Shown: piece by piece, positions 39,483 to 50,157 of the stretch | Position numbering within the stretch: position 1 is the first letter of the stretch | Layout: every line of letters starts with the position of its first letter | Source: an uncultured bacterium | Lineage (GTDB): Bacteria > JAJVIF01 > JAPKYR01 | Length of the DNA stretch: 56,432 bases | Reading direction: 5' to 3' | Assembly (NCBI GenBank): GCA_965369865.1 | Contig: CBDURU010000009.1 | Location: 1 to 56,432 of the forward strand | Position numbers and translations under genes: made by a program | Notes under the pieces: model-generated | The model's input: only the letters and a program-made list of their open reading frames with translations | What the model was told of the DNA's origin: nothing | Databases searched by the model: none

Positions 39483-39502
39483 CGTTAAATCAAAAGCCCG
39501 AT

Positions 39503-42500
39503 CTACCAGCAGCCGTCGGGCATGTATTTCACCAGGAAGATATCACTGTAATAGACCTTATTATGCAAATCCGGGTCCTCAAAACATGGTGATTCCGAAG
39601 GCGCCAGATCGATTGTGTTTGACTCAAAATACCCGGTAATGAATATATTCCCGAATCCATCAACGGCCACACCTTTTGCTCTCTCATACAATGGCTCACC
39701 CACAATCCTCACCCACTCAAAATTGCCTGTCGGATCGAATTTACTCAGGAAAGCATCGTTTTCACCATTCGAAGTTACCCAGAATTCATCCACGAGGTCG
39801 GGATCGAAGTCGACAGTATTGTGGAAATGTCCCGTAACATATGCATTCCCCACGCTGTCAATGGCTATTTCATAGCCTTCATCAAAATCTGATCCACCCC
39901 AGGCACCTGCCCATTCGAAATTACCCGAAGGATCGAATTTACTCAGGAAAATATCAGAGGAACCATTCGAAGTTAGCGGGAATTCATCAACGGGATCGGG
40001 GTCGAAGTCGACAGTAGTATTGAAAGCTCCTGTAACATATACATTCCCAGGAGTGTCAACGGCTATACCATAGCCATATTCGTTTAATGATCCACCCCAT
40101 GTACAAGCCCACACGAAATTACCCGATGAATCGAGTTTGTTCAGGAATGCATCTCTAACACCATTCGAAGTCTGTGGGAATACATCAACAGGGTCGGGAT
40201 CGAAATCTACTGTAAGCTGGAAATTGCCAGTAACATAGACATTCCCAAATCCGTCAACTGCAACTCCATAGCCATTATCAAATGATGTTCCACCCCAGGC
40301 GCCTGCCCACATGAAGTTACCCGATGAATCGAGTTTTAACAGGTAAATATCACTGGCACCATTCGATACCAGCGGGTAATTGCCCGGACCCGGGTCGAAG
40401 TCAACAGTATCCCGGAAATTGCCCGTAATATATAAATCCCCGGTGCTGTTTATTGCTATTCCATAGCCATATTCCGTTGATGTTCCGCCCCATGCAACCA
40501 CCCACACGAAGTTACCCGATGAATCCAACTTAATCAGATAAGCATCGTCACCACCATATGATGTCAGCGGGTATTCATCAATGGGGTCGGGATCGAAATC
40601 GACGGTATTTTCAAAACGACCCGTAACATAGACATTACCATTGCCGTCAACGGCAACATCAATGCCTGCATCATTACCAGCGCTGCCCCATGCTCGTGCC
40701 CATACCAGGTTACCCATCGGATCGAATTTACTCAGAAAAGTTTCTTCAGAACCATTCGAGATTAGTGTGTACCCAGCGTATGGATCAGGATCGAAATCGA
40801 CTGTACCCCAGAAGATACCCGTCACATAGACATTGCCGTCGCTGTCGACAGCAACAGCCTTTCCTTCGTCAGTTTCATCTTCCGGACCACCCCAGGCCCT
40901 GCCCCAGCCGATATCCACGATGCTGAAATCCGCATCGGATATGTCATTAATTATCGGATAATCATCCCATTCAACTTTCATGCGCATTGTATTCGAAGAG
41001 GCTACCGAGATGTTCTCCCAGATGTAACTCAGCGTGTTGGGCTCGCCTTCAACGATCGTGTAAATGTCTGACACGAAATTATCAGATGAGCAGTAAATGT
41101 TGACGTTCCCTGTAACACCGGAAGATTCCCATATGATTTCCTGATCGCTCGAGAGTTTCCATTCCTCCCCGCCGTTTGGCGACATAACGGTAATGTATTC
41201 ATCCGGTCCAATTATGCTGAAAACCTCATCGGATGTATCGGACATAAGCGGGTCGATGCCGTACACGCGTACTTTTACAGTGTCAGAGAGATCATTCGGG
41301 ATATCCACCCACATGTAACTTCCGTCATTCGGAGTGTTAATCACTATCGGATTTATGTCGGTTACAAAATCGTCCTTTGAATATTCGATGTAAACTTCGC
41401 CAGTTAATTCGGAGGAATCCCAGGTAATTTCATGGTCGGACAAAACTTTCCACGATTCTCCGCCATTTGGGCTGGTCACTTCGAGCCAGTCTCCAGTGAC
41501 TGCGAAATCAGCATCTGATTCATCGAAGACCAATGGATCGGTGACATCGGACACTTTGATCCGGTTCTGCGTTCCGATAAATTCAATCGGAATGGAGTTC
41601 CATTCGAAAATACCATCATTCGGAGTTGTGGCCGCGAGAACGAAATCGTAACCGGCACCTGAGTCCATTGACAGTTCGATTTTGACGTTATCGATGGGTC
41701 CGAATGAATCCCAGGTAATTTCTCCGTTGAACCCGACAGGCCAGATTTCACCGCCGTTGGGATCGGTTACTAAAATCCACGGATCGGGTGGTGGCGGAGG
41801 TTCACTTGTGACAAGGAGGTCATATCTGAAACATGCCGCAATCGGATCGTCATCCGCATTATTTTGCACATTCAGTGGATTCGTGTAATCGGCGTACGCA
41901 TCTTCAACGATGATCCACAACTCGTTACCAACTGTGCTCGTGATTGTTTCGGCAGGAATTTCCACATGGAAACTGTTCCAGTATAGCCCTGATGCTGTCG
42001 CCGACATCTCAGTGGTATTCAGTTTGTAGTCAGTAAGCAGCACGGTGCTGTCGAGAAAAATGTCGTAGTCAAGCATTACATCGCCAGCGAGTTCGGCGTC
42101 CCAGTCGAAAACTGAAATATCAAGTATCAAATTTCCACCGAAATCTGTTTCATTGATATAGTAAAGCGTGCTGAGGTCTTCAAGGGTTGCCCCGACAGCT
42201 TCGTTTGCATGCGACGGATGGAATTCAGGTTTAGTTCCTTCCCAGTTCGCGATGATCGCGAATCCGAACTTGATACCGGTCGGTTGACTTGGGAAACGGA
42301 TGAGGAAGTTACGAGTGAATCCCATCCCGTGTGTGAAATATCCCACTTCGGGATCGCCTGAAATTAAGTAGTTCCATACGTTATCTCCCGCTGCGAGTCC
42401 GCTGCCGTAATATTTGTAAGGATTCAATGTTGCGGAGCATGTGTAGTCCGGTGTTGACAGGAAGTTCGGCGCGTAGTGAAACAGCGTGTCTCCCATAAAT

Positions 42501-43033
42501 TCGGACGGGTTGAACCAGCGGGTGTGACCATCGGCATTTAACAGAATGTTGTCAGAAGCGGGATCGGCATACAACAGATCACTGTCGTAGCTCATCGTCA
42601 TCGAACCGTCTCCGATGAATATTGCCCTGACATCGTAGATATTATATATCGCACCGACCACTGGATGGTTGATCGTAATGTCGACATCGATATCGATATA
42701 ACCAGGTCCGGGAGTTGCACCATTGAAACCAAGTCCGATGCTGGTCGGGTTATTGGCCAGTAATTTCATCAGGTTCAGGGAGAAATCAACGGAGCGATTT
42801 GGGACAAGTTCGAAGGTATGATTTTCGACATCGAAAATGACATCGAAGTAACCCAGCATATGAGTCTCAGATTGCTGGCCTTCACGGGCCTGATCATCAG
42901 GACCGGATGTAAGCGCGAGGCCCGGATCGCTTCCCGCAGCAGGCAAAGCCGGGTTCGAACCGTCCCCGGAGCAACCGGTAAGAATAAGTAAACATAAACC
43001 TACTAAAATTCCAACTGCAATTCTACAATTCAT
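39503..43033 (-). CDS. Lipoprotein: shared N-terminal domain, three Ig-like PNGGE.W repeats and SBBP-like beta-propeller
   Basis: AAGGAGG RBS before ATG 43033; LILTGC lipobox; LLNADGHTRWFNP, LNPYKYY, FDWD; repeated AVD..GNVYVTG.F..TVDFDP. Confidence 0.85.
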   Translation of the reverse strand: MNCRIAVGILVGLCLLILTGCSGDGSNPALPAAGSDPGLALTSGPDDQAREGQQSETHMLGYFDVIFDVENHTFELVPNRSVDFSLNLMKLLANNPTSIGLGFNGATPGPGYIDIDVDITINHPVVGAIYNIYDVRAIFIGDGSMTMSYDSDLLYADPASDNILLNADGHTRWFNPSEFMGDTLFHYAPNFLSTPDYTCSATLNPYKYYGSGLAAGDNVWNYLISGDPEVGYFTHGMGFTRNFLIRFPSQPTGIKFGFAIIANWEGTKPEFHPSHANEAVGATLEDLSTLYYINETDFGGNLILDISVFDWDAELAGDVMLDYDIFLDSTVLLTDYKLNTTEMSATASGLYWNSFHVEIPAETITSTVGNELWIIVEDAYADYTNPLNVQNNADDDPIAACFRYDLLVTSEPPPPPDPWILVTDPNGGEIWPVGFNGEITWDSFGPIDNVKIELSMDSGAGYDFVLAATTPNDGIFEWNSIPIEFIGTQNRIKVSDVTDPLVFDESDADFAVTGDWLEVTSPNGGESWKVLSDHEITWDSSELTGEVYIEYSKDDFVTDINPIVINTPNDGSYMWVDIPNDLSDTVKVRVYGIDPLMSDTSDEVFSIIGPDEYITVMSPNGGEEWKLSSDQEIIWESSGVTGNVNIYCSSDNFVSDIYTIVEGEPNTLSYIWENISVASSNTMRMKVEWDDYPIINDISDADFSIVDIGWGRAWGGPEDETDEGKAVAVDSDGNVYVTGIFWGTVDFDPDPYAGYTLISNGSEETFLSKFDPMGNLVWARAWGSAGNDAGIDVAVDGNGNVYVTGRFENTVDFDPDPIDEYPLTSYGGDDAYLIKLDSSGNFVWVVAWGGTSTEYGYGIAINSTGDLYITGNFRDTVDFDPGPGNYPLVSNGASDIYLLKLDSSGNFMWAGAWGGTSFDNGYGVAVDGFGNVYVTGNFQLTVDFDPDPVDVFPQTSNGVRDAFLNKLDSSGNFVWACTWGGSLNEYGYGIAVDTPGNVYVTGAFNTTVDFDPDPVDEFPLTSNGSSDIFLSKFDPSGNFEWAGAWGGSDFDEGYEIAIDSVGNAYVTGHFHNTVDFDPDLVDEFWVTSNGENDAFLSKFDPTGNFEWVRIVGEPLYERAKGVAVDGFGNIFITGYFESNTIDLAPSESPCFEDPDLHNKVYYSDIFLVKYMPDGCW

Positions 43034-43221
43034 TGAAATCCTCCTTAATGTGTCGACCTTCCAGGCCCGTGCAAGTGATGTCAATCACATGGGGCGAATA
43101 AAAGGTATCGTTTACTAATTAGGCGGGATTATATTATCAGATTTTTCCTAATACTTACAGGATGCCAGGGCAGGATTTTGCTGTTAAATACTGCAGATTT
43201 CAAGATGGACCGATAGGAAGA

Positions 43222-43273
43222 GGGGGCAATTACCTATTGTTTTGGATTTATAACTCATCTTTATTCCTTCCCC
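43222..43273. repeat. Degenerate copy of the left part of the 50217-50357 element
   Basis: GGGGGCAATTACCTATTGTTTTGGATTTATAACTCATCTTTATTCCTTCCCC versus GGGACAACTACCTATTGTTTTAGATTTATATCTCATTTTTATTCCTTCCCC. Confidence 0.85.
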
Positions 43274-43285
43274 ACTGCCAGAAAG

Positions 43286-43317
43286 AAAAACCCCTCAGAA
43301 AATCGCTGAGGGGTTTG
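43286..43317 (-). terminator. Intrinsic terminator of 43343..46828
   Basis: AAAAACCCCTCAG-N7-CTGAGGGGTTT. Confidence 0.8.
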
Positions 43318-43342
43318 TTGTTAACTGTATTATGAACGTTAT

Positions 43343-46300
43343 TTACCAGCATCCGTCGGGCATGTACTTAGCGGTGAATCCATCTTCCTGACCCAATGGA
43401 TAACGTACATCCGGCGGCGAATCGCATGGAGCAAAAGTCGGCGCGAAATCCAGGTGTGTCTCAAAATCTCCGCAAATATACAGGATCCCTGCGGCTGACA
43501 AGAAGCCGTTATATGTTTCCATTTCGCCCGTTGTAAATGTATGTGCCCTGATGTAATTACCATTATCATCGAAAACAGCGTAGAAGCCGGGCCAACCACC
43601 CAGGGGATTACCATGAATATCAGTTCCGGGCCCGGGGTCAAAATCAATTGGATCACTTTCGTAATAACCCCCTAAAGCGATCCTGCCAATACCATCTACA
43701 GAGCACCAGTAACTCTCTTCTTCGCCCTCTCCGCCAAAGGTTCTGGTCCAGACATGGTTAAGGGACTGGTCGAAACGTGTCAGGAATACATCATCACTAC
43801 CATTGGTTGTATGCAGGTCCTCACCAACGCCGGGATCAAAATCAACATCATCGCCATCAAAATATCCTGTCACGTAGGGAGAATTCCCCGGGCCAATGGA
43901 AATTCCCTCCGCATCCTCCCAGTAAGCGGAACCCCATGAGACTGCTTTTACAAAGGCATAATCGGTATCGATACAAGTAACATATGGATCCGCCGAACCG
44001 TTTGACGAAAGCTGATAGGAACCTCCGATGGATGGATCGAAATCGATATCAGTACCATTGAAATACCCAACAACATAAACTGTGCCGTTTCCGTCTACAG
44101 CCAGGTCGCTTACGGAATCATAGGACGGACCACCCCACGTTCCAGCCCACTGGTGTGTACCCGAATGGTCAAACGCAGTAAGGTAACTGTCGTTTAGACC
44201 TTTTGACGCGTGGCTGTCAACCCCGCCGCCCGGATCGAAATCCCAGGTGCCCCGGTAGTAACCAGCCACCCAGACCTTGCTGGAATCAATGGCTATTGCG
44301 CTGCTTCCGCCGTAATCAGTACCTCCCCATGTTACCGCCCACAGGAGATTTCCATCCGAATCCCATTTGCACAGGAATCCATTACTATCAACACCGGAAC
44401 TCATATTCCATATGCCTGGACTCGGATCGAAATCAACGTTGGTTCCCTCAAATCTTCCGCACTGGTAAATGTTCCCGCTGGAATCCAGACCAATTCCATA
44501 GGCACCGTTCCAGTCATAGGAAGATCCCTTACCGAATTCCTTCAACCACAGCAGGGTACCAGCGGGATCATATTTAATCGTGACAGGCCAGGACCTGTAA
44601 TCGTCGTCAGCATACCCGCAAGTGTATACATAACCCTCATCATCAGCGGTTACGTTATAGCTCACGTTGTACTGGTCCTCGATTGACCAGGTTCGTACCC
44701 AGCCGCCATCGACAATGCTGAAATCGGCGAATGAGATATCTTCGGCAACGACTGTCGTAAGAGCATAACCCTCGACCTTCACACGTGCTGTCGTTGTGGG
44801 ATCATAAGGGACGGTCCAGTCATAACTACCGGTGTCATCAAGATCAGTCGCTACTGTTGTAATAACTGATGTGAAATTATCGGTTGAGTAACTGATGCCG
44901 ATCCTGTCTATGTCTCCGTAGGAAAACCATGTTATCTCATTATTTGAGCCGTAACCCCATTCCTCTCCACCATCCGGTGAGAGAACGTCAACGATCTCGC
45001 CAGGATGGATGATGCTGAAATCGGCGTCTGAAATATCCGCCACTGGGGGATTAGCTGAATATATTCGCACCCTGGCAGTGTCTGAAAAATCAAGCGCGAC
45101 ATGATCCCAGAAGTAACTGCCATCATTCGGGGTAGTGGTGACAATTTCATTAATATCAACGGTGAAATTATCTTTCGAATATTCGATATTCACATAACCG
45201 CCCGGTGATGATGATCCCCACGTAATCTCTTGCGTCGAGTAGCCAGCCCACGACTCCCCACCGTTCGGGCTTGTGATCTCAATCCATTCACCGGTAATTG
45301 TGAAATCTGCATCCGACTCATCTGAAACCAATGGATCGGTGACATCGGACACTTTGATCCGGTTCTGCATTCCGATAAATTCAATCGGAATGGAGTTCCA
45401 TTCGAAAATACCATCGTTCGGTGTTGTGGCCGCGAGAACATAATCGTAACTGGCTCCGGAATTCATGGACAGTTCAATTTTCACATCATCGATTGGCCCG
45501 AACGAATCCCACGTTATTTCCCCGTTGAACCCGATCGGCCAGATTTCTCCACCGTTGGGATCGGTTACTAAAATCCACGGATCGGGTGGCGGAGGAGGTT
45601 CACTTGTGACAAGGAGATCAAATCTGAAGCATGCAGCCAGCGGATCGTCATCGGCTTCGTTGGGAAATCCCGCTGGGTTTGTATAGTCCGCAAAGTTATC
45701 CTCAACAATAACCCATAGCTCATTTCCCACGGTACTGAACACCGCATCGGCCGGGATTTCAACGTGGAAGGTGTTCCAGTGGTCACCGCTTACTGTCGGG
45801 ACCATTGCGCCGGGATTCATCTTGTAGTCCGCATAAAGGACCGTGCTTTCGATAAAGAGATCGTAATCGAGCATCACGTCTCCGGTAAGTTCGGCGTCCC
45901 AGTCGAAGACAGTGATGTCAAGATCGAGATTTCCGCCGTTGTCCATTTCGTCCACGTAATAAAGCGAGCTGTTGTCGAGAAGCTGGACGCCTACCGCTTC
46001 ATCGGCATGCGATGGATGGTTACCAGGTTCGGCCCCTTCCCAGTTAGCGATTATCGCGAACGCATATTTTAGGCCGGGAACCGGGATCGGAAAGCGTATC
46101 AGGAAATTCCTGGTGACCGAGGAGCTATGAAGGAAGTAACCGGTCTGCGGGTCTCCTGAGGTCAGGTAGGTCCAGAGGTCGTCGATTGCCCCAAGCCCTT
46201 CGCCGTAATATTTGTATGGATTCAGAGTCGCGGAGGTTGTGTAATCCGGTGTGGACAGGAAATTCGGGACGTAATCGAAAAGCGTTCCCCCGTAAAATCC

Positions 46301-46828
46301 GGTTGGGTTGAACCATCGACTGTAACCATCGGCGTTTAATAGACCCTGGTGAGTTCCAGCGCCCCCGTAAACAAGGTCGCTGTCGTAACTCATCGCTTCC
46401 GTGCCGTCACCCATGAAAATTGCCCGGACATCATAAATATCGAACATCGCGTCGTCTAATGGGTGGTTGAGGGTGATGTCGATATCGATATCAACGTGAT
46501 CCGGGGTGGAAATTACGTCGTTCACGTTGAACGAAAGGCCTGTCGGGTTGTTCAGGAAGACCATTAAGTTCAGGGCGAAATCAATCGACCGGTTGGGAAC
46601 CAGTTCAAATCCCTGGTTCTCCAGATCCAGAAAGACATCGTAATAGCCGATCAGATGCGGCCTCGATTGCTGGCCTTCACGGGCCTCGTTATCAGGACCG
46701 GATGTAAGCGCGAGGCCCGGCTCGCTTCCCGCGGCAGGCATGGCGGGGTTCGAACCGTCCCCGGAGCAACCGGTAAGAACAAGTAAACACAAACCAACTA
46801 ATATTCCAACTGCAATTCTTCCATTCAT
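43343..46828 (-). CDS. Lipoprotein, tandem paralog of 39503..43033
   Basis: Same RBS and leader, LVLTGC lipobox, same domain order, same C-terminus KYMPDGCW. Confidence 0.85.
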   Translation of the reverse strand: MNGRIAVGILVGLCLLVLTGCSGDGSNPAMPAAGSEPGLALTSGPDNEAREGQQSRPHLIGYYDVFLDLENQGFELVPNRSIDFALNLMVFLNNPTGLSFNVNDVISTPDHVDIDIDITLNHPLDDAMFDIYDVRAIFMGDGTEAMSYDSDLVYGGAGTHQGLLNADGYSRWFNPTGFYGGTLFDYVPNFLSTPDYTTSATLNPYKYYGEGLGAIDDLWTYLTSGDPQTGYFLHSSSVTRNFLIRFPIPVPGLKYAFAIIANWEGAEPGNHPSHADEAVGVQLLDNSSLYYVDEMDNGGNLDLDITVFDWDAELTGDVMLDYDLFIESTVLYADYKMNPGAMVPTVSGDHWNTFHVEIPADAVFSTVGNELWVIVEDNFADYTNPAGFPNEADDDPLAACFRFDLLVTSEPPPPPDPWILVTDPNGGEIWPIGFNGEITWDSFGPIDDVKIELSMNSGASYDYVLAATTPNDGIFEWNSIPIEFIGMQNRIKVSDVTDPLVSDESDADFTITGEWIEITSPNGGESWAGYSTQEITWGSSSPGGYVNIEYSKDNFTVDINEIVTTTPNDGSYFWDHVALDFSDTARVRIYSANPPVADISDADFSIIHPGEIVDVLSPDGGEEWGYGSNNEITWFSYGDIDRIGISYSTDNFTSVITTVATDLDDTGSYDWTVPYDPTTTARVKVEGYALTTVVAEDISFADFSIVDGGWVRTWSIEDQYNVSYNVTADDEGYVYTCGYADDDYRSWPVTIKYDPAGTLLWLKEFGKGSSYDWNGAYGIGLDSSGNIYQCGRFEGTNVDFDPSPGIWNMSSGVDSNGFLCKWDSDGNLLWAVTWGGTDYGGSSAIAIDSSKVWVAGYYRGTWDFDPGGGVDSHASKGLNDSYLTAFDHSGTHQWAGTWGGPSYDSVSDLAVDGNGTVYVVGYFNGTDIDFDPSIGGSYQLSSNGSADPYVTCIDTDYAFVKAVSWGSAYWEDAEGISIGPGNSPYVTGYFDGDDVDFDPGVGEDLHTTNGSDDVFLTRFDQSLNHVWTRTFGGEGEEESYWCSVDGIGRIALGGYYESDPIDFDPGPGTDIHGNPLGGWPGFYAVFDDNGNYIRAHTFTTGEMETYNGFLSAAGILYICGDFETHLDFAPTFAPCDSPPDVRYPLGQEDGFTAKYMPDGCW

Positions 46829-46994
46829 TGAAATCCTCCTTAATGTGTCGACCTTCCAGGCCCGTGCAAGTGATGTCAATCACATGGGGCGAATAAAAGG
46901 TATCGTTTACTGATCGGACAGGAAAATATACTACCAGATATTTCCTGATACTTACAGGCAAACAGAGAAATGTGCCTTTGACTTGTCCCTTTTT

Positions 46995-47678
46995 TCACAG
47001 CACGTTAAAGATGTATGCCAGCGTGTAGTAGATGCCTATAAGGATAAAAACGGCTCCTGTAATGCTCCTGGCCCAACGCTCGATTTTCCTGAGGCTGTCG
47101 AAAGCTTTCCCCACAAATCGCGCTCCGAAAGCTGTCAGGATCGCGAAAATCACAACGGGAAGCGCGGTTCCAATGCCGTACAGCGACGGGAATATCACTC
47201 TCGACTGGTGCTGTACGGCAAGGGGTATTAGAGAACCGAAAAAGAGAGCTGCCGAGACAGGGCAGAATGAGAGCGCGAAGGTAATCCCCAGGAGGCCCGC
47301 CCCCAGGATTCCCCCCTTCCCGGCTTTCTCAAGGAATTGTGAGCTTGCGACCGGTCCCGAAATGTTCAACCGAAATAATTCGAGAAGAAACATGCCGACG
47401 ACTATCAGCAACGGGCCGAGAAGTTTGTTCATGGACTCCTGCAGAAAATTCGCAACGCCAAGGATGGAAAGCGCCCCCGCAACGACCACAATACCGACGA
47501 CAAGGTATGTGATCATTCTTCCCAGCGTGTAGGCGATCCCCGAAATAAACACCCGGCGCGCATCAACCACATGCCGGCCTATAAACGAAATCGCCGCGAT
47601 ATTTGTCGCAAGAGGGCAGGGACTCATTGAGGTTAGAATTCCCAGCCAGAGAGCCGATGCCGCTCCAATTAGAAACAT
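46995..47678 (-). CDS. ArsG-like / DsbD-type membrane protein
   Basis: TSMSPCPLATN and FALSFCPVS transmembrane Cys pair. Confidence 0.82.
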   Translation of the reverse strand: MFLIGAASALWLGILTSMSPCPLATNIAAISFIGRHVVDARRVFISGIAYTLGRMITYLVVGIVVVAGALSILGVANFLQESMNKLLGPLLIVVGMFLLELFRLNISGPVASSQFLEKAGKGGILGAGLLGITFALSFCPVSAALFFGSLIPLAVQHQSRVIFPSLYGIGTALPVVIFAILTAFGARFVGKAFDSLRKIERWARSITGAVFILIGIYYTLAYIFNVL

Positions 47679-47680
47679 GG

Positions 47681-48223
47681 CTACCCGTTATCCTCCATCC
47701 AGGCGCTAACCTCATCATGGATATAGGTTTTATATTCACTCTCATTATTTACAAGATTCCAGATTTTATCGAGATTCTTCCAGCGGACTTCCGTGCCATC
47801 CCTTATTTCCGATACGATCACCGATTGGGTGTAGAGTAAATATTTCTCAACGAACTCTACATTCTCAGGTTGATCGACATTCACCACACGCCATTCAATA
47901 GTCCCGTTTTCGATCGAATCCGCAAAATTATTCGCGACCGTCTCTTGGGCATACCGCTCCAGGGTGGTGCATGGTCCGCATCGCGATCTGCCATGAAAAT
48001 AATACACGGTTAACCTGTCAGGCAGTAAGGCCTGGGTTCCTGTTCCATTTTCCGGTTCGGTCCCGGTCGGCAATACTTGCGACCCGGTTTCGATTATGGC
48101 CGGTTCTTCATTCGATCCGTCATCATCCGGCTGGTTCGAATGGGATTCATTAGCGATCATGACCGCTACACTGATGGCCACAAATACCAATAGACCGATT
48201 GACAGAATGTTATTTATTTTCAT
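47681..48223 (-). CDS. ArsF-like exported thioredoxin-fold protein
   Basis: N-terminal TM; VYYFHGRSRCGPC..LE, WKNLDKIW. Confidence 0.8.
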   Translation of the reverse strand: MKINNILSIGLLVFVAISVAVMIANESHSNQPDDDGSNEEPAIIETGSQVLPTGTEPENGTGTQALLPDRLTVYYFHGRSRCGPCTTLERYAQETVANNFADSIENGTIEWRVVNVDQPENVEFVEKYLLYTQSVIVSEIRDGTEVRWKNLDKIWNLVNNESEYKTYIHDEVSAWMEDNG

Positions 48224-48227
48224 ATTT

Positions 48228-48467
48228 TCATACTTCCAGTATCTTCCTGATTTGCTCGACCGACAGCATCTTGCCGGCGGCTTTCAATTCACCGTCGATA
48301 ATCAGCGCGGGGCTGGTCATGACGCCGAATTCGGCAAAGGTGGCAGGATCGGACACCTTGCTGATTTCACATTCCACGCCCGTTTCCTCTATCGTGGCGA
48401 GCACATTCTCGTGCAGTTTGTTGCACTTGAAACACCCCGCTCCGAGTATGAGTATCTTTTTCATCAT
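48228..48467 (-). CDS. Small redox-active disulfide protein (thioredoxin_3 type)
   Basis: ILGAGCFKC, GVMTSPALIIDG. Confidence 0.9.
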   Translation of the reverse strand: MMKKILILGAGCFKCNKLHENVLATIEETGVECEISKVSDPATFAEFGVMTSPALIIDGELKAAGKMLSVEQIRKILEV

Positions 48468-48474
48468 AAGACTC

Positions 48475-49785
48475 CTATCCGAAAAATGCTCCGTAGATAA
48501 TCCCTGAAATTGTCGCCATCACGACAACGAGGACTATATAGACAACCGTTTTCTTTGTGCCGATCACGCTTCTGATCACAAGCATGTTTGGAAGAGACAG
48601 CGCGGGACCGGCCAGCAACAGCGCGAGCGCGGGACCTTTGCCCATCCCGTTTCCGATGAGCCCCTGTAATATGGGCACCTCGGTAAGCGTCGCGAAGTAC
48701 ATGAACGCGCCCACAACCGATGCGAAAAGGTTCGCGAGAATCGAGTTGCCCCCGACCAGGGCGCTTATCCAGGTCGACGGGATAAGCCCTTCGTGTCCCG
48801 GACGTCCCAGAAGCGCTCCCGCGATAAGAATCCCATAGAAGAGCAGGGGGAGAATCTGCTTCGCGAATCCCCAGGACGCTTCGAACCACTCGGCCGTTTC
48901 GTCCCGATCGGTGCTTGTGACCCACGAGATACCGATCACCGCTGCCGAGAATGATATGAGGGGAAAATTTGGGAAGAGTATCGCCAGCAGAATTGTTGGG
49001 ACCGCGACGATGGCTACTTTCCACCACCTGAGCGAGAACCAGGAGATCAGCATCACCCCGAGAGCGATCGAGAAAATTCCGGTGATGATCCATTTCGACT
49101 CGTAAACCAGAGACCATGCGCCCGATTCTTCGGCGGGAGGAGCCCAGTTTGCGAAAATGAGGATCGCGATCATTACCGCGAAATAGAGCGTGTTCTGCCA
49201 CAACGGGCGCGACGGTTGGTCATCGATCGTCTGCATCGCGATAACTTCCGGGTGTTCCTCTTTCACGAAAAAGACATGCATCAGAAGCCCGATCACTACT
49301 CCGAACACGATCGCGCCGACCGCTCGCGCAATTCCCATCTCGATCCCGAGGACTCTCGCGGTGAGAATGATCGCGAGCACGTTTATGGCAGGGCCGGAAT
49401 AGAGGAACGCCGTCGCGGGCCCGATCCCGGCGCCCATGCGGTAGATGCCGGCAAACAGTGGAAGAATTGTGCACGAGCATACCGCGAGAACGGTCCCGGA
49501 CACCGAGGCAACCGTGTAGGCGAGAACCTTGTTCGCCTTCGGTCCGAGATACCTGATCACCGACTGGCTGCTCAGGAATACCGAAATGGCGCCGGCGATA
49601 AAAAACGCCGGTATGAGACAGGTGATGACATGCTCGCGCGCATACTCCCCGGCAAGCGCGAGTGCCTCGGTGATTGGCCTTACGAATGTGTTCTCTGAGG
49701 TAAGGGATTCAAAAGGAAAAAAAAAGAACACCAGGAAAATCCCGGCAAACACGCCAAGAGCTTTCCATTCCTGCTTCCAGCTCAT
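48475..49785 (-). CDS. ArsP/DUF318 permease
   Basis: VCSCTILP, FLYSGPAIN, YFATLTEVP, LAGPALSLP; ATG at 49785 overlaps the arsR TGA. Confidence 0.88.
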   Translation of the reverse strand: MSWKQEWKALGVFAGIFLVFFFFPFESLTSENTFVRPITEALALAGEYAREHVITCLIPAFFIAGAISVFLSSQSVIRYLGPKANKVLAYTVASVSGTVLAVCSCTILPLFAGIYRMGAGIGPATAFLYSGPAINVLAIILTARVLGIEMGIARAVGAIVFGVVIGLLMHVFFVKEEHPEVIAMQTIDDQPSRPLWQNTLYFAVMIAILIFANWAPPAEESGAWSLVYESKWIITGIFSIALGVMLISWFSLRWWKVAIVAVPTILLAILFPNFPLISFSAAVIGISWVTSTDRDETAEWFEASWGFAKQILPLLFYGILIAGALLGRPGHEGLIPSTWISALVGGNSILANLFASVVGAFMYFATLTEVPILQGLIGNGMGKGPALALLLAGPALSLPNMLVIRSVIGTKKTVVYIVLVVVMATISGIIYGAFFG

Positions 49786-50135
49786 CTGGCTCCTCTGGGA
49801 TTCCCACCAATCGAACAACGGACCAGGTTGGCCTGGTCCTGCATGTTGTTTTCCATCACAGCTTGGATGCAGTCGAGGAAGTTGAGCACACAGGGGGTCT
49901 TGAGCTCATAGAATACCTTCAGGCCCTGCTTTCTGTCCGACACCATTCCCGCACCCTTGAGGATCGAGAGGTGTTTGGAGACGGTCGACACATCAGCTCC
50001 GATCATATCGGTCAGGTCGCGGACGCATTTTTCGCCACGGGAAAGCTCGTCGACGATGAACAGGCGGGTCGGGTGGGCGAGCGCCTTGATGATTCCTGCC
50101 CTGGCTTCGAATATAGCCTGTGTTTGAGTGTCCAT
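49782..50135 (-). CDS. ArsR/SmtB family transcriptional regulator
   Basis: KALAHPTRL, EKCVRDL, STVSKHLSILK. Confidence 0.92.
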   Translation of the reverse strand: MDTQTQAIFEARAGIIKALAHPTRLFIVDELSRGEKCVRDLTDMIGADVSTVSKHLSILKGAGMVSDRKQGLKVFYELKTPCVLNFLDCIQAVMENNMQDQANLVRCSIGGNPRGAR

Positions 50136-50157
50136 AACTTGAGTACCGTTGGGTATA

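Noticed and set aside
39503..46828. Diversity-generating retroelement template/variable repeats
   Set aside because: No reverse transcriptase; differences between the duplicated blocks are not adenine-specific and both copies are coding.
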